A stretch of 64,000 bases of DNA from an uncultured Planctomycetota bacterium (GTDB lineage: Bacteria; Planctomycetota; Phycisphaerae; Tepidisphaerales; Tepidisphaeraceae): the NCBI GenBank assembly GCA_963841915.1, contig CAWJEN010000005.1, forward strand, positions 96,001 to 160,000, given 5' to 3'. Shown here in pieces: positions 1 through 9,415 of the stretch. The notes beneath the pieces were generated by a model. The model was not told the DNA's origin. It worked only from the letters and a program-made list of their open reading frames with translations, and ran no database searches. A program made the position numbers and the translations under genes. How positions within the stretch are numbered: the stretch's first letter is position 1; every line of letters begins with the position of its first letter.

Positions 1-1197
1 GACGACAGCAGCGACGACGAGGACGAGGCTGAAGCCACGGACGAGTCGCCACCCAAGCGAAGCCGTCGTCGCCGTGGCGGACGTGGCAGGCGGTCGGAGT
101 CGGGCGATGACGCGTCGTCGACCCAGGCAGAGCAGCCCGAGTCCGACGAGGACGAAACGTCAGAAGCGTCGTCAACCGAAGAGGCAGACGACACGCCGCC
201 CCGCTCGCGTCGCAGGCGCGGTCGTGGCCGCGGGTCTCGCGGTGCCGAAGAGGCGACAGCCGAGGCAGAAGCACCGCTTGCATCGGACGCCGACGATGCC
301 GAAACACCGTCGGAAGACGACGAAGCACCTCGTGGTCGTCGGCGTCGCAGGCGTCGCGGCCGGGGCGGCGATTCAGGAAAGTCGGCCGAAGCAACGCCTG
401 CTGACAGCAATGATGAGCCCGCCGAACCATCTGCCGAATCGCCTTCGGTCGACGAGGAAGCACCGCGCGGTCGTGGTCGTCGCCGCCGTGGCGGCCGCGG
501 TGGAAGCTCTGGCGAGGCAGCGTCCGAAGCCGATTCGGCTGTTGACAGTGCTCCCAAAGAAGCAGCCGAACCGGCCGCTCCGAAGCGCAAGCTCGTCAAG
601 GCCGCGCCGCCCGTGTTCGGTCGCAACAGCGAACATTCGGACACGAAGCCAGACGCGCCGATCGGTCGCCCGACGCCCGTGAAGGTCAACGGCATCCACG
701 ACGATGCCGAGCCCGACTCGGAGACCGACGAGACACCCGAAGTTGCCGATTTGCCTGAAGTGGCGGAGGAGGCTCGGCCCAAGCGGACGCGTCGTCGCCG
801 TCGTGGCAGCAAGGCCGACGCCGATCCCGTCGCCACCGAGGCAGAGGGGCCGGACGCTGTGGTCAAGGACGCTGACGAGGCCGATGCGGTCGACGCCGAG
901 CCTGAAGCAGAGGTCGAGGAAGCGCCGGAGGAGCCGGTCAAGCAACCGGCCCGCCGCCGTCGTCGCTCGGCCGGCAAGGTGATCAAGAGTCGCCCGGCAG
1001 TCGTCGACGCAGCCTTGCCCGTCGCCGAACCCAAGGCTGAGGCCGAACCGCCCGTGAAGAAGGCCACCAAGCCTGCACCACGCAAGAAGGCAACGCCGAA
1101 GGTCGCCAAAGCTAAGGCCGAGGAGACTGAGAAGCCCAAGCCCAAGCGAATCCGCAAGAAGGCGGTCAAGAAGGCCGCCGCGGACGACGAGAGCTAA
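1..1197 (+). CDS. 5'-truncated gene; low-complexity C-terminal region, probably an RNase E/G (Rne/Rng) family protein
   Basis: Frame 1 is open from base 1 to TAA at 1195-1197. Repeated RRRRGGRG-type blocks alternate with D/E-rich blocks, ending in a K/A/P tail. The catalytic domain lies outside the window, so the family call is inferred. Confidence 0.5.
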   Translation, partial: DDSSDDEDEAEATDESPPKRSRRRRGGRGRRSESGDDASSTQAEQPESDEDETSEASSTEEADDTPPRSRRRRGRGRGSRGAEEATAEAEAPLASDADDAETPSEDDEAPRGRRRRRRRGRGGDSGKSAEATPADSNDEPAEPSAESPSVDEEAPRGRGRRRRGGRGGSSGEAASEADSAVDSAPKEAAEPAAPKRKLVKAAPPVFGRNSEHSDTKPDAPIGRPTPVKVNGIHDDAEPDSETDETPEVADLPEVAEEARPKRTRRRRRGSKADADPVATEAEGPDAVVKDADEADAVDAEPEAEVEEAPEEPVKQPARRRRRSAGKVIKSRPAVVDAALPVAEPKAEAEPPVKKATKPAPRKKATPKVAKAKAEETEKPKPKRIRKKAVKKAAADDES

Positions 1198-1220
1198 GGT
1201 CCTGTCGCGTCGCAGATTTG

Positions 1221-1260
1221 AACCCGCAGGATCGGCATCATGCCGAGCCCGCGGGTTTTT
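1221..1260 (+). terminator. Probable intrinsic terminator
   Basis: AACCCGC/GCGGGTT and TCGGCA/TGCCGA stems followed by a T run, just after the stop codon at 1197. Confidence 0.6.
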
Positions 1261-1284
1261 CGCACCTTAAGCCGTTGATGCTCC

Positions 1285-1335
1285 ACCCGGTGCCACACCT
1301 TCTCCCGAAGGGGAAGGTGTGGCACCGGGTTCTAC
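1285..1335. repeat. REP-like palindrome
   Basis: Perfect 18-bp arms ACCCGGTGCCACACCTTC (1285-1302) / GAAGGTGTGGCACCGGGT (1313-1330); CTAC (GTAG on the minus strand) at 1332-1335. Confidence 0.7.
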
Positions 1336-1370
1336 TTCAGTACACGTAACATCGAGAACGGGTAGGACAG

Positions 1371-1396
1371 GTAGCTGCGTCTCTGCGAGACGTGCT
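1371..1396 (+). repeat. Short GTAG-type REP-like hairpin
   Basis: GTAG followed by CGTCTC-TGC-GAGACG. Confidence 0.4.
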
Positions 1397-1418
1397 CCGT
1401 ACGACGCAACCACGAGTC

Positions 1419-2432
1419 TTAGCTCCCCAGCAGCCGCGCCACCAGCGACCGCGCCGCCGCGGTGTCGTCGGTGCCTTGGACGATGACGCGGCCGTCGGCG
1501 AAGGCGGTGAGTTGCAGCGTCGGCCGCTCCGTCGGGACGAGTCGGACGCAGAACGCGGTCGCTTTCACCGTGCCGCTACCTGCCCACTTTGCCGCGGCTG
1601 CTTGCAAGTCGAGCCGACCGGTCTGGCGGACCTGCACGGCATCGCGTCCGCACAGACTTGTCGATGAATCTGTAGGCATATCGAGAAACGGAAACTCGCG
1701 AGCTCCACAACACGGGCACGCTTCGTCGCGTGGCACCTCGACCTGCCGTGCCGTCCCGTGCCAGACGTCGAAGGCGTGCAGCACACCTGCCGTGTCGCGG
1801 TTGACGATGAGTCGGATGGCCATCGCGACCTGCAGGTTCGCGGTCACGCCCGCCGCCGCCGCCAGCACGCCGGCCGTGTCGCACGTCTCCAGTTCCCCGG
1901 GTCGGGGCGGATTCGGGAAGACGCAACGCAAACAAGCCGTCTCTCCGGGAATGACCGCCATCGCCCGACCGACCGTGCCGACGGCCGCGCCGTACACCCA
2001 AGGCACGCCAGTCTTCACGCAGGCGTCGTTGAGCAGGTAGCGGGTGGCGGCGTTGTCCGTGCCGTCGACCACGAGTGTCACCCCGGAAACCAGGTTCCCG
2101 ACCGACTCGGCGTCGACGTCGATCGGCCGTGGGTCGAGCGTGATCGCCCCATTGATCCTGGCAAGTCGCTCTGCGGCGGCGACGACTTTGGGGCGGCTGA
2201 TGTCCGACTCTGCGAACAGCGTCTGCCGTTGAAGATTGCTGGACTCGACGATGTCGCGGTCGACAAGAATCAAGGTGCCGACGCCCGCCCGGGCCAGGCC
2301 ATCGGCGGCGACGGTGCCGAGCGCGCCGCACCCGAGAACGACCACGCGAGCGGCGGCGATGTTGGCTTGACCGGCCTCGCCGATCTGCGGCAGTCTGCAT
2401 TGGCGGTCGTAGCGGTCGCCGGAAACGTTCAT
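1419..2432 (-). CDS. moeB: MoeB/ThiF family adenylyltransferase
   Basis: RYDRQ start, GCGALG, DRDIVESSNLQRQ, DGTDN, two CxxC motifs; start chosen at ATG 2432. Confidence 0.85.
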   Translation of the reverse strand: MNVSGDRYDRQCRLPQIGEAGQANIAAARVVVLGCGALGTVAADGLARAGVGTLILVDRDIVESSNLQRQTLFAESDISRPKVVAAAERLARINGAITLDPRPIDVDAESVGNLVSGVTLVVDGTDNAATRYLLNDACVKTGVPWVYGAAVGTVGRAMAVIPGETACLRCVFPNPPRPGELETCDTAGVLAAAAGVTANLQVAMAIRLIVNRDTAGVLHAFDVWHGTARQVEVPRDEACPCCGAREFPFLDMPTDSSTSLCGRDAVQVRQTGRLDLQAAAAKWAGSGTVKATAFCVRLVPTERPTLQLTAFADGRVIVQGTDDTAAARSLVARLLGS

Positions 2433-2450
2433 CGGCCCAATACTACTGCC

Positions 2451-2879
2451 ATGCCTGAGCAAGACCTCGACCAGCAGATCACCGCCGCCGCCGAGAAGCT
2501 GGGAGAACTCGTCGCCCAGCATCCGGCCATCGCCTCCTATGCAGAGGCCAGCGAAGCCCTTCGCAAAGACACCGAAGCCGGCCGACTGCTCCAGCAGTTC
2601 GAGCAACGGGCAATGGTGCTCGGCCGCAACGAGCAGATGGGCCAACCTGTCACGCAGGCCGAGCGGCAAGAGCTCGAGCAGATGCAACAGACCATCGCCA
2701 GCAACATCAAGGTCAAGGCTTTTTCCATCGCCCAGGCCGACATGACGGACGTACTTCGCAAGGCCAGCCAGACGTGGCAGCGGCCTGTCGCCAAGGCCCA
2801 GGGCGAGGACGATGTCGAGCAGCAGGCGGGCGGCCCGGCCGGTGGTCGGTCGGGCGGCTCACCCTTGGTGATGGGCTGA
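2451..2879 (+). CDS. YlbF/YmcA-like helical regulator
   Basis: About 142-aa all-helical protein (AEKLGELVAQHPAIASYAEA...AQADMTDVL) resembling the Com_YlbF family. Confidence 0.65.
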   Translation: MPEQDLDQQITAAAEKLGELVAQHPAIASYAEASEALRKDTEAGRLLQQFEQRAMVLGRNEQMGQPVTQAERQELEQMQQTIASNIKVKAFSIAQADMTDVLRKASQTWQRPVAKAQGEDDVEQQAGGPAGGRSGGSPLVMG

Positions 2880-2930
2880 TGTCGCGGCAGAGGCACCAAT
2901 GCGTCCCGACGGCTTCCTAGCGTCGCCGCA

Positions 2931-4223
2931 ATGTCCAAGGCTGCACCCGTTGCTCGAATCCTCAGTGTCGGTGACGAGCTTGTCAGCGGATTGACGGTCG
3001 ACACCAATTCCGCCTGGTTCAGTCAGCAGCTCGCGTCCGTGGGCGTTCGCACGGTGGCGCACGCGACGGCCGACGACGACCAGGCGGCCATCGCTGCCGA
3101 AATTGTGCGGCATGCTGCTGCCTGTGACTTGCTCATCGTCTCCGGCGGAATCGGGCCGACGCCTGACGACCTGACGCGTGAAGCGCTAGGCGATGTCGTC
3201 GGTCGACCGGTGGTCATTTGCGAGTCGTGGGTCGAACACATTCGACAGATCTGGGCGAAGCGTGGCAAGCCGATGCCGGAGGCCAATCGTAAGCAGGCCG
3301 GTGCGCCCGAAGGCACGGAGCTGCTCGACAACCCGGTCGGCACGGCTGCGGGTGTGGCAGCGACGGTGGGCGATTGCCGCGTCTTCGTGGTGCCGGGTGT
3401 GCCCCGCGAGGCCAAGGCGATGTTTGCCGACCACATCGGGCCTTACGCGACGCAGCTCAGCGAGGCGGCCGGCGGGCGGATCATCAGGACGCGTGCATTG
3501 CACACGTTCGGCATCGGGGAAAGTGATCTGGCCGAACGGCTCGGCAGCTTGCTGACACGCGGCAACGGAGGCGACCTTGACGTCGGCACGACGGCCGCTC
3601 GTGGTGTTGTCAGCGTGCGCATCTACGTCCGTGCCGGCACCGTCGACGCGGCGGCGAGGTTGATGGATGACGTAGAGCAACGCGTGCGAGATGAGCTGGG
3701 CGTGCTCGTCTTCGGTCGCGACGACGAGACGCTGCCGATGGCGGTAATGACATCTTTGAGCGAGCACAGGGACCGGCCGATCGTGAGCCTGGCCGAGAGC
3801 TGCACGGGCGGCCTCATCGCCAAGCTACTGACCGATCTGCCGGGCAGCAGCGCGATCTTTCACCGCGGTGTCGTCGCGTACGCGAACGATGTGAAGCGTG
3901 ACCTGCTCGGCGTGCCGGCGAAGCTGCTGGCGGAGCATGGGGCCGTGAGCGAGCCGGTGGCAAAGGCGATGGCGTCGGGCATCCGCGGCGAAGGCAATGA
4001 CCTTGCACTCAGCGTCACCGGCATTGCCGGGCCCGACGGCGGGACAGAGCACAAGCCCGTCGGCACCGTTTGCATTGCGTTGGCGTCGCCGGAACGTGTC
4101 GTTTCACGTACGTTCAGCTTTCACGGCGATCGCGACATGGTGCGGCTGCGCTCTGCGTACACCGCCTTGGCCATGCTGCGGTTTCATCTACTGAGCGACG
4201 ATCCGCTCGGGCTGCTGACATGA
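2931..4223 (+). CDS. cinA: CinA (competence/damage-inducible protein; MocF domain plus NMN deamidase domain)
   Basis: SVGDEL..G..DTN, GGIGPTPDDLT, PGVP, AESCTGG, HGAVS, TGIAGPDGG. Confidence 0.93.
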   Translation: MSKAAPVARILSVGDELVSGLTVDTNSAWFSQQLASVGVRTVAHATADDDQAAIAAEIVRHAAACDLLIVSGGIGPTPDDLTREALGDVVGRPVVICESWVEHIRQIWAKRGKPMPEANRKQAGAPEGTELLDNPVGTAAGVAATVGDCRVFVVPGVPREAKAMFADHIGPYATQLSEAAGGRIIRTRALHTFGIGESDLAERLGSLLTRGNGGDLDVGTTAARGVVSVRIYVRAGTVDAAARLMDDVEQRVRDELGVLVFGRDDETLPMAVMTSLSEHRDRPIVSLAESCTGGLIAKLLTDLPGSSAIFHRGVVAYANDVKRDLLGVPAKLLAEHGAVSEPVAKAMASGIRGEGNDLALSVTGIAGPDGGTEHKPVGTVCIALASPERVVSRTFSFHGDRDMVRLRSAYTALAMLRFHLLSDDPLGLLT

Positions 4224-5140
4224 GCGGGTACGCGACCGATGCCTGGCCTTTCGCGGGTGCGGCAGCGATGCTGCTGGCGGGTGGCGTGGCGTCGTGGCTG
4301 CTGGCGGTGTGGTGGACCGGCCGATTGATGCACCGTCCGCCACGGCTGACGCCGCCGCGGGCAATGATGCGATTAGGACGTTCGACACCCGACGACATCG
4401 GCGTCGCCTTCGAGGAGCGCGTCTACGAAGTCGACGATGTCATGCGGCCGGGTCACCGGCTTCAGCTCGACGCCTGGTGGTTGCCTGCAGAACAAGAGCG
4501 GGCGACGGCTGTCGTGGTGCACAGTTACGGCGACTCGCGGCCGGGGGTGCTGCCTTGGGCGGCCATGTTGCACAAGCTGAACATGTCGGTCCTAGTGATC
4601 GACCAACGCGCTCACGGCACGTCTGGCGGTCACGCATCGACGGGCGGTTACGCGGAGCAAGCGGACCTGAACGCCCTGCTCAATCAGCTTCGCCCGACGG
4701 GCCCGTTGATGTTGGTGGGCATCAGCTTCGGAGCGATGGTGGCCGCCGACGTGGCTGCGTCGCGCGACGATGTCGCCGCGCTGGTGCTGGACAGTCCGAT
4801 CATGACTTGGAATGCAGCCACTTTGCGTTGGGCCAAGATTTTCGGCCTGCCACCGGCGGGGCCGCTCGCCCAACAGCTTCGATTGGTGTGGTCGGTACCG
4901 GCTGCCGGTCGGCGCTCGCCGCTCGAAACGATGACGTCGCTTGCGACCATGAACGTGCCGAATCTCGTTATCTTGCCGCGTCAGGATGTGCTGGTCACGA
5001 CAGCCGAAGCTGACGCGGTTGCGGCCATGGCGCACCTTGTCGTTTGGCGACCTGATGTGCCGCACAACCTTGCCATCATCGAAACAGGCGACACGTACCT
5101 GAAGCGGATTGAGGACCTGCTCGACCGGCTTACAATCTAA
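4220..5140 (+). CDS. Membrane-anchored alpha/beta hydrolase
   Basis: N-terminal TM segment, DQRAHGTS, GISFG nucleophile elbow, LDSP; ATGA overlap with cinA. Confidence 0.8.
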   Translation: MSGYATDAWPFAGAAAMLLAGGVASWLLAVWWTGRLMHRPPRLTPPRAMMRLGRSTPDDIGVAFEERVYEVDDVMRPGHRLQLDAWWLPAEQERATAVVVHSYGDSRPGVLPWAAMLHKLNMSVLVIDQRAHGTSGGHASTGGYAEQADLNALLNQLRPTGPLMLVGISFGAMVAADVAASRDDVAALVLDSPIMTWNAATLRWAKIFGLPPAGPLAQQLRLVWSVPAAGRRSPLETMTSLATMNVPNLVILPRQDVLVTTAEADAVAAMAHLVVWRPDVPHNLAIIETGDTYLKRIEDLLDRLTI

Positions 5141-5610
5141 TTCGACTCCGGCGGCAACTCACTCGTTGTCCAGTACTTGTGCAACGCCTCGACGAGTTCG
5201 CTGAACGCCTCCTGCTCGACCGGCTTGATCAGGTAGCCCGCCACGTTGTGCCGGAAGGCCTGGTACTTGTCCCTCACGACGTCGCTGCTGGTCAGGACAA
5301 TGACGAGGGTGTGGGCGAGGGTTTCGTCCTCCCGGATCCGCCGCAGCAGATCGAATCCGCTGACTTCTGGCAGGTTCAGATCAAGCAGCACCATACGACG
5401 TGCCTTTGGCAGGTGGATGGCCTCCTCACGATCCTGCAGCACCGCAAGCGCCTGCTCGGCAGTGCCGGCAACGGCCATCCTGTGCGGCAGCTTCGCCTTT
5501 TTGATCGCCCGTTGCAGGCTCAAGACGTCGAGGTCGTTGTCCTCTACCAGCAGAATGTTGAGAGCAAGGTCAGCGGAATCAGACGAGGATGAGTGAGCGG
5601 TCGTGGTCAT
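5137..5610 (-). CDS. Single-domain response regulator (Rcp1-like)
   Basis: LLVEDN, LLDLNLP, VLTSS, YLIKP, YW C-terminus. Confidence 0.9.
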   Translation of the reverse strand: MTTTAHSSSSDSADLALNILLVEDNDLDVLSLQRAIKKAKLPHRMAVAGTAEQALAVLQDREEAIHLPKARRMVLLDLNLPEVSGFDLLRRIREDETLAHTLVIVLTSSDVVRDKYQAFRHNVAGYLIKPVEQEAFSELVEALHKYWTTSELPPESN

Positions 5611-5672
5611 GATGCGATGCGAGTCGATCCCTCGCGGGGGCGATTGCAAATGGTTGCACCGGCCGATGTGCA

Positions 5673-6260
5673 TCATGCGGAAACACGGTCGCTGCGCCAA
5701 CGTTTAATCCCTTTTTTCAACAGCCAGCGACGATGGCCTTGATGATGCAGCCACAGCCAGTCGATCTGCAGAATCTCTGCCGTGATGACGGCGAACCGGT
5801 CGCGGCCGTCACCTGATTCGGCAGGTACGTCGAACTCGTGTCGTGGCGTGCCGGGGCCATCGGTCAGGCGGTAGCACTTGCGCGAGCCGTGACTCGTCGC
5901 GTCCCACCGCTCATCGGCCAGCGCTGAACGCTGGTGCACCGACGCTTTGCCCGTCAGCACCACTTGCAGCTTGGCGGCACGGTCGTAAACGTGCCACGTG
6001 ACCAACGGCCGCTCGAGAAGTTGCTTTATCTTGCCCGCGTCGGCTCGGGAATGGCAACCAATCGTGCCGCTCTCTGCCTCAGCGATTCGAAGCACGACCG
6101 TCCGCGAAACTGGAACTCCATCCCCATCGACACTGGTCAGGGTCGGCGTGTGGAACGTGCTGTGCCGATCTCTCAGCGCTGCTGCAAATCGATGCCACAG
6201 GTCCGCCCGCACAGCTGCCGGGTCGTTGCTGATCGCCAGCATCGGGTCGGGGTCCTGCAC
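5673..6260 (-). CDS. Pyridoxamine 5'-phosphate oxidase-like FMN-binding protein
   Basis: FHTPTL, RTVVLR, DWLWL..GHRR. Confidence 0.8.
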   Translation of the reverse strand: MQDPDPMLAISNDPAAVRADLWHRFAAALRDRHSTFHTPTLTSVDGDGVPVSRTVVLRIAEAESGTIGCHSRADAGKIKQLLERPLVTWHVYDRAAKLQVVLTGKASVHQRSALADERWDATSHGSRKCYRLTDGPGTPRHEFDVPAESGDGRDRFAVITAEILQIDWLWLHHQGHRRWLLKKGIKRWRSDRVSA

Positions 6261-6269
6261 GAGGTTACG

Positions 6270-7346
6270 CTACGGCGTCGTGCGGTACAGGTCGGCCCAG
6301 ATGGGCCTGTGGTCGCTGCCGACGGACTCGCCGATGCCCGACTGCGATGCGACTAGGCCGCTCGTGGTAAAGATGTTGTCGATGCGCACGCCGAGCCCGG
6401 AGCGGTCGACGAAGCTGCCGACGCCCGACCGCCTCTTGAAGGTGTTGGGCCACGTCGTCCCGCGGCCCCAGGATGTGGCGTCGTGTACCTCGGTCAGCCC
6501 CGCGTCGCGTAGGGCGGCGAGTTGTGGCGTCCACGTGCTGGCGTTGAAGTCGCCGAGTGTTACGACCTCTGCCCCGGCGGCTTGGTAGGCTGAGAGCTCA
6601 TCGAGGAGACTGGCAAGCTGGCGGTAGTTCTTTGTCACCGATTTGACGCCACCGGGGGATTGGTGGTGGACGCCGCTGATGACGAGCGGCCTGCCACCGA
6701 AGTCGATTGTCGCCGCCCCGCGGCCGAAGCCCACGTCCTGCTGCACCATCGGCCGGTCGGCCATCACCAGCACGCGGTTGATCTGACTCATCTTCGGCCA
6801 CGCCTGGTGGGGCATGATGTCTGCCATCCGCTCCAACAGCGGGTGGTGGATTCTGCCGAACTCGCTGAAGGAGATGACATCGGGCTCTACTTCGCGGATG
6901 TAGGACTCAATCGCGTCCAGGTCACCGTTGAAGTAGTACAGGTTTATCGCCAGCACGCGCAACCGCTCGCCTTGCGGCTGAGGTCGTGATGGTGTCGGCG
7001 CAGCCCGGTACAGCTCGGCCCCAAGAAGCGTCGCAGCAACGAGCAATGAGACGATCGCCAGTCGCCGCCGCATCACGAGCCACGCGATGGGCATCAGGAC
7101 CGCCGCCATCAAGCCGATGTGGAACTGCATCACACGAGCGGCAAAGACGAGCGTGTTGACGAGCTGATTCAGCCGCGCGTCTGTGGTAAAGCTCACCGGC
7201 ACCACGTATGCCGCCGCCACGCAGACGCCCGCGCCGCCGACAAGCAGCCACAACGGAAGTGCAAGCAACCGCCCCGCGTAGAAGCGGATCGCTTGCATCC
7301 CGCGGTAGGCGATGATCGACGGCTGGTCGTCGGCGGCTTCAGTCAT
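6270..7346 (-). CDS. Membrane-anchored endonuclease/exonuclease/phosphatase family protein
   Basis: Three N-terminal TM segments, PDVISFSE, GDFNA, IDNIF, GSDHRP. Confidence 0.88.
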   Translation of the reverse strand: MTEAADDQPSIIAYRGMQAIRFYAGRLLALPLWLLVGGAGVCVAAAYVVPVSFTTDARLNQLVNTLVFAARVMQFHIGLMAAVLMPIAWLVMRRRLAIVSLLVAATLLGAELYRAAPTPSRPQPQGERLRVLAINLYYFNGDLDAIESYIREVEPDVISFSEFGRIHHPLLERMADIMPHQAWPKMSQINRVLVMADRPMVQQDVGFGRGAATIDFGGRPLVISGVHHQSPGGVKSVTKNYRQLASLLDELSAYQAAGAEVVTLGDFNASTWTPQLAALRDAGLTEVHDATSWGRGTTWPNTFKRRSGVGSFVDRSGLGVRIDNIFTTSGLVASQSGIGESVGSDHRPIWADLYRTTP

Positions 7347-7394
7347 ACTCGCTGGCTTGGATACACCGTCGGGCTCGTTGTTGCACCCGCCACC

Positions 7395-8195
7395 TCAATT
7401 CACGCTCGGATCATTGGGAATGCGATTTATGTCGATCATGCGAGACAGGTTGGCACGGGTGCGGAGGCGGACCCACTGGCGGACCCCTGCTGCCAACGTG
7501 GACGCCGGATCTTCGCCGCCGTCGGCCCCGACGAGGCCGAGCAGGCCGACCGCACCCGGCGGCAAGGCGGTCAGCGTCTGGGCCGACGGATGCCGTTCAT
7601 CGCCACCGGCGTAGACCTCGGCGGCGTCGGCGTCTAGCAGTTGCCACGAGTCCTCAGCTAATTCAGCCTCAAGCTGTCCAGCCGCCCAGCCGGCGTAACC
7701 GGCGACAAATTTGACCGCCGTCGTGCTAAGGTCGCGCCCTTCTTCCTCGGCACCAAGGTGCCGCATCAGGGCTTCAAGCGCCTCCCGACGGCTGCAGAAA
7801 AAGATGCCCTCCGCCACTAGTTCCGGAGAGGCAACGTGCTCTTCCTCCTCCTCGGCGGCGTTGTCGCCACCTGCAAGATCAGCCTCGGCTTCGGCCAGAC
7901 TCCGCAGGTTGTGGACGGCAACCAGCGGCCCCGTACACGGGCCGCCGTGAAAGAGAGGCACCGACACACCGCTCGCCGCCTCGACATCGTCGCCGCAGGC
8001 CTCTTCAAGCGTCACACCGAGCGGCCGATTGATGACAACGCCCAGCGCGCCCTCCTGGTCGTGGCGGACGATCAGGATGATCGCCCGGGCAAAATTCGGA
8101 TCGTTCAGCGTCGCGCTGGCCAGCAGGAACTTACCCCGCAGGCTCGGGAGCTTGAGCGGTGCGTCCTCGTTGGTGCCGTCGAAGTCGTCGGACAT
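7395..8195 (-). CDS. YqgE/AlgH family protein
   Basis: LLAS..L.DPNF.R, GALGVVINRP, GGP, GYAGWAAGQLEAE, C-terminal PNDPSVN. Confidence 0.88.
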   Translation of the reverse strand: MSDDFDGTNEDAPLKLPSLRGKFLLASATLNDPNFARAIILIVRHDQEGALGVVINRPLGVTLEEACGDDVEAASGVSVPLFHGGPCTGPLVAVHNLRSLAEAEADLAGGDNAAEEEEEHVASPELVAEGIFFCSRREALEALMRHLGAEEEGRDLSTTAVKFVAGYAGWAAGQLEAELAEDSWQLLDADAAEVYAGGDERHPSAQTLTALPPGAVGLLGLVGADGGEDPASTLAAGVRQWVRLRTRANLSRMIDINRIPNDPSVN

Positions 8196-8226
8196 GCGAC
8201 GCCACCCTATGACGACCCGAAGCGTC

Positions 8227-9384
8227 TTACGCAAGTGCAAGCAGATCAGTCGCCACCCGATCGGCAGCATCAACATAAGCAACGTCGGCCGCAGCCTCCC
8301 GCATGGCGTCGCGCCGGTCTGAATCGTACAGCAACGCCTCGAGAATCGGCTTGAGTGCCGCAGCGTTGGCCGCCTTCTCACGCCGATCATCGAGCAGCAC
8401 CGCTGCGCCGGCGTCGGCCAGCACCTTGCCGTTGACGGCCTGGTGCATGTCCTTATGGAACGGGTACGGCATGAGAATCGACGGCACACCGAAGGCGGCA
8501 AGCTCGGCGCAACTGCCCGCGCCGCTGCGGCTGATCGCAAGGTCCGCCGCCGCCCAAACGTCGCCCATCGACGGGGTGAAGTCGATGACGCTCGCCCGGC
8601 CGTTGAGGTCCAGATCCCGCCACGCCGCCTTAACCTCTTCTGCGTGTTCGCGACCGGCCAGATGCAGTACCTGCCAACCCTGCAACGCCTTGTCCGACGG
8701 CTTGAGCAAGTCGGTCACAACGGCAATGACGGCCTCGTTGATCGTCTGAGCACCTTGGCTGGCACCGGTGATGACAAGCGTGCTGAGCCGCGGATCAAGG
8801 CCGAGTCGCTTGGCCGCCTCGGCCCGATCGACCGGTGGACGAGCATTCTTGCGGAGCGGGCAACCTGTCACCAGGCATCGCTCGCGATGCTCGGCAGGCA
8901 CGTGCTCCAGCGTCGCCTCGTAACCGGCATAAACCCGGCGGCAGCTAGGCATGAGGTACAGGTTGGCCCGACCGGGCACAACGTCGGGGTTCAGGATCGC
9001 AGCCGGGATGCCGCGTTTGCCCGCGACCTTGACGGCCACGCCCGCCGCGTAGCCGCCGAGCCCTAAAACCGCGGCGGGTTGCCGCTCATCGAGGAGGCGT
9101 TTGACGAGGTCGTTCGTCGCCCGCCAAGCCTGCCAAAAGCGGAGGATGCCACCGACGCTCTTGCGTGGCGGCACGATGGGTTGCGGCACATACTCGACGC
9201 CCGTCGGCTCGAGGATCACACGATCGATCTCGCGGTCCGTACACAGAAACAGCGGCTTGACGTCCGGCCGCTGCGCGACGAGCGCCTCTGCCACAGCAAG
9301 CCCTGGATAGAGGTGCCCGCCGCTCCCGCCGCCGGCAAGGACGATGGTCGCCCCTTCTGGAATGTGCTGTTCGGAGGCGTCCAA
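8227..9384 (-). CDS. murG: Lipid II GlcNAc transferase MurG
   Basis: GGGSGGHLYP, GLGGY, PGRAN, GASQGA, ISRSGAG. Confidence 0.95.
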   Translation of the reverse strand: MDASEQHIPEGATIVLAGGGSGGHLYPGLAVAEALVAQRPDVKPLFLCTDREIDRVILEPTGVEYVPQPIVPPRKSVGGILRFWQAWRATNDLVKRLLDERQPAAVLGLGGYAAGVAVKVAGKRGIPAAILNPDVVPGRANLYLMPSCRRVYAGYEATLEHVPAEHRERCLVTGCPLRKNARPPVDRAEAAKRLGLDPRLSTLVITGASQGAQTINEAVIAVVTDLLKPSDKALQGWQVLHLAGREHAEEVKAAWRDLDLNGRASVIDFTPSMGDVWAAADLAISRSGAGSCAELAAFGVPSILMPYPFHKDMHQAVNGKVLADAGAAVLLDDRREKAANAAALKPILEALLYDSDRRDAMREAAADVAYVDAADRVATDLLALA

Positions 9385-9415
9385 GGCTGGAGCGAAGCAG
9401 GTCTACGGCTCCAGG

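Noticed and set aside
74..945. ORFs 74..682 (+) and 373..945 (-)
   Set aside because: Alternate-frame or antisense shadows of the frame-1 gene; the Arg-rich reading is a GC artefact
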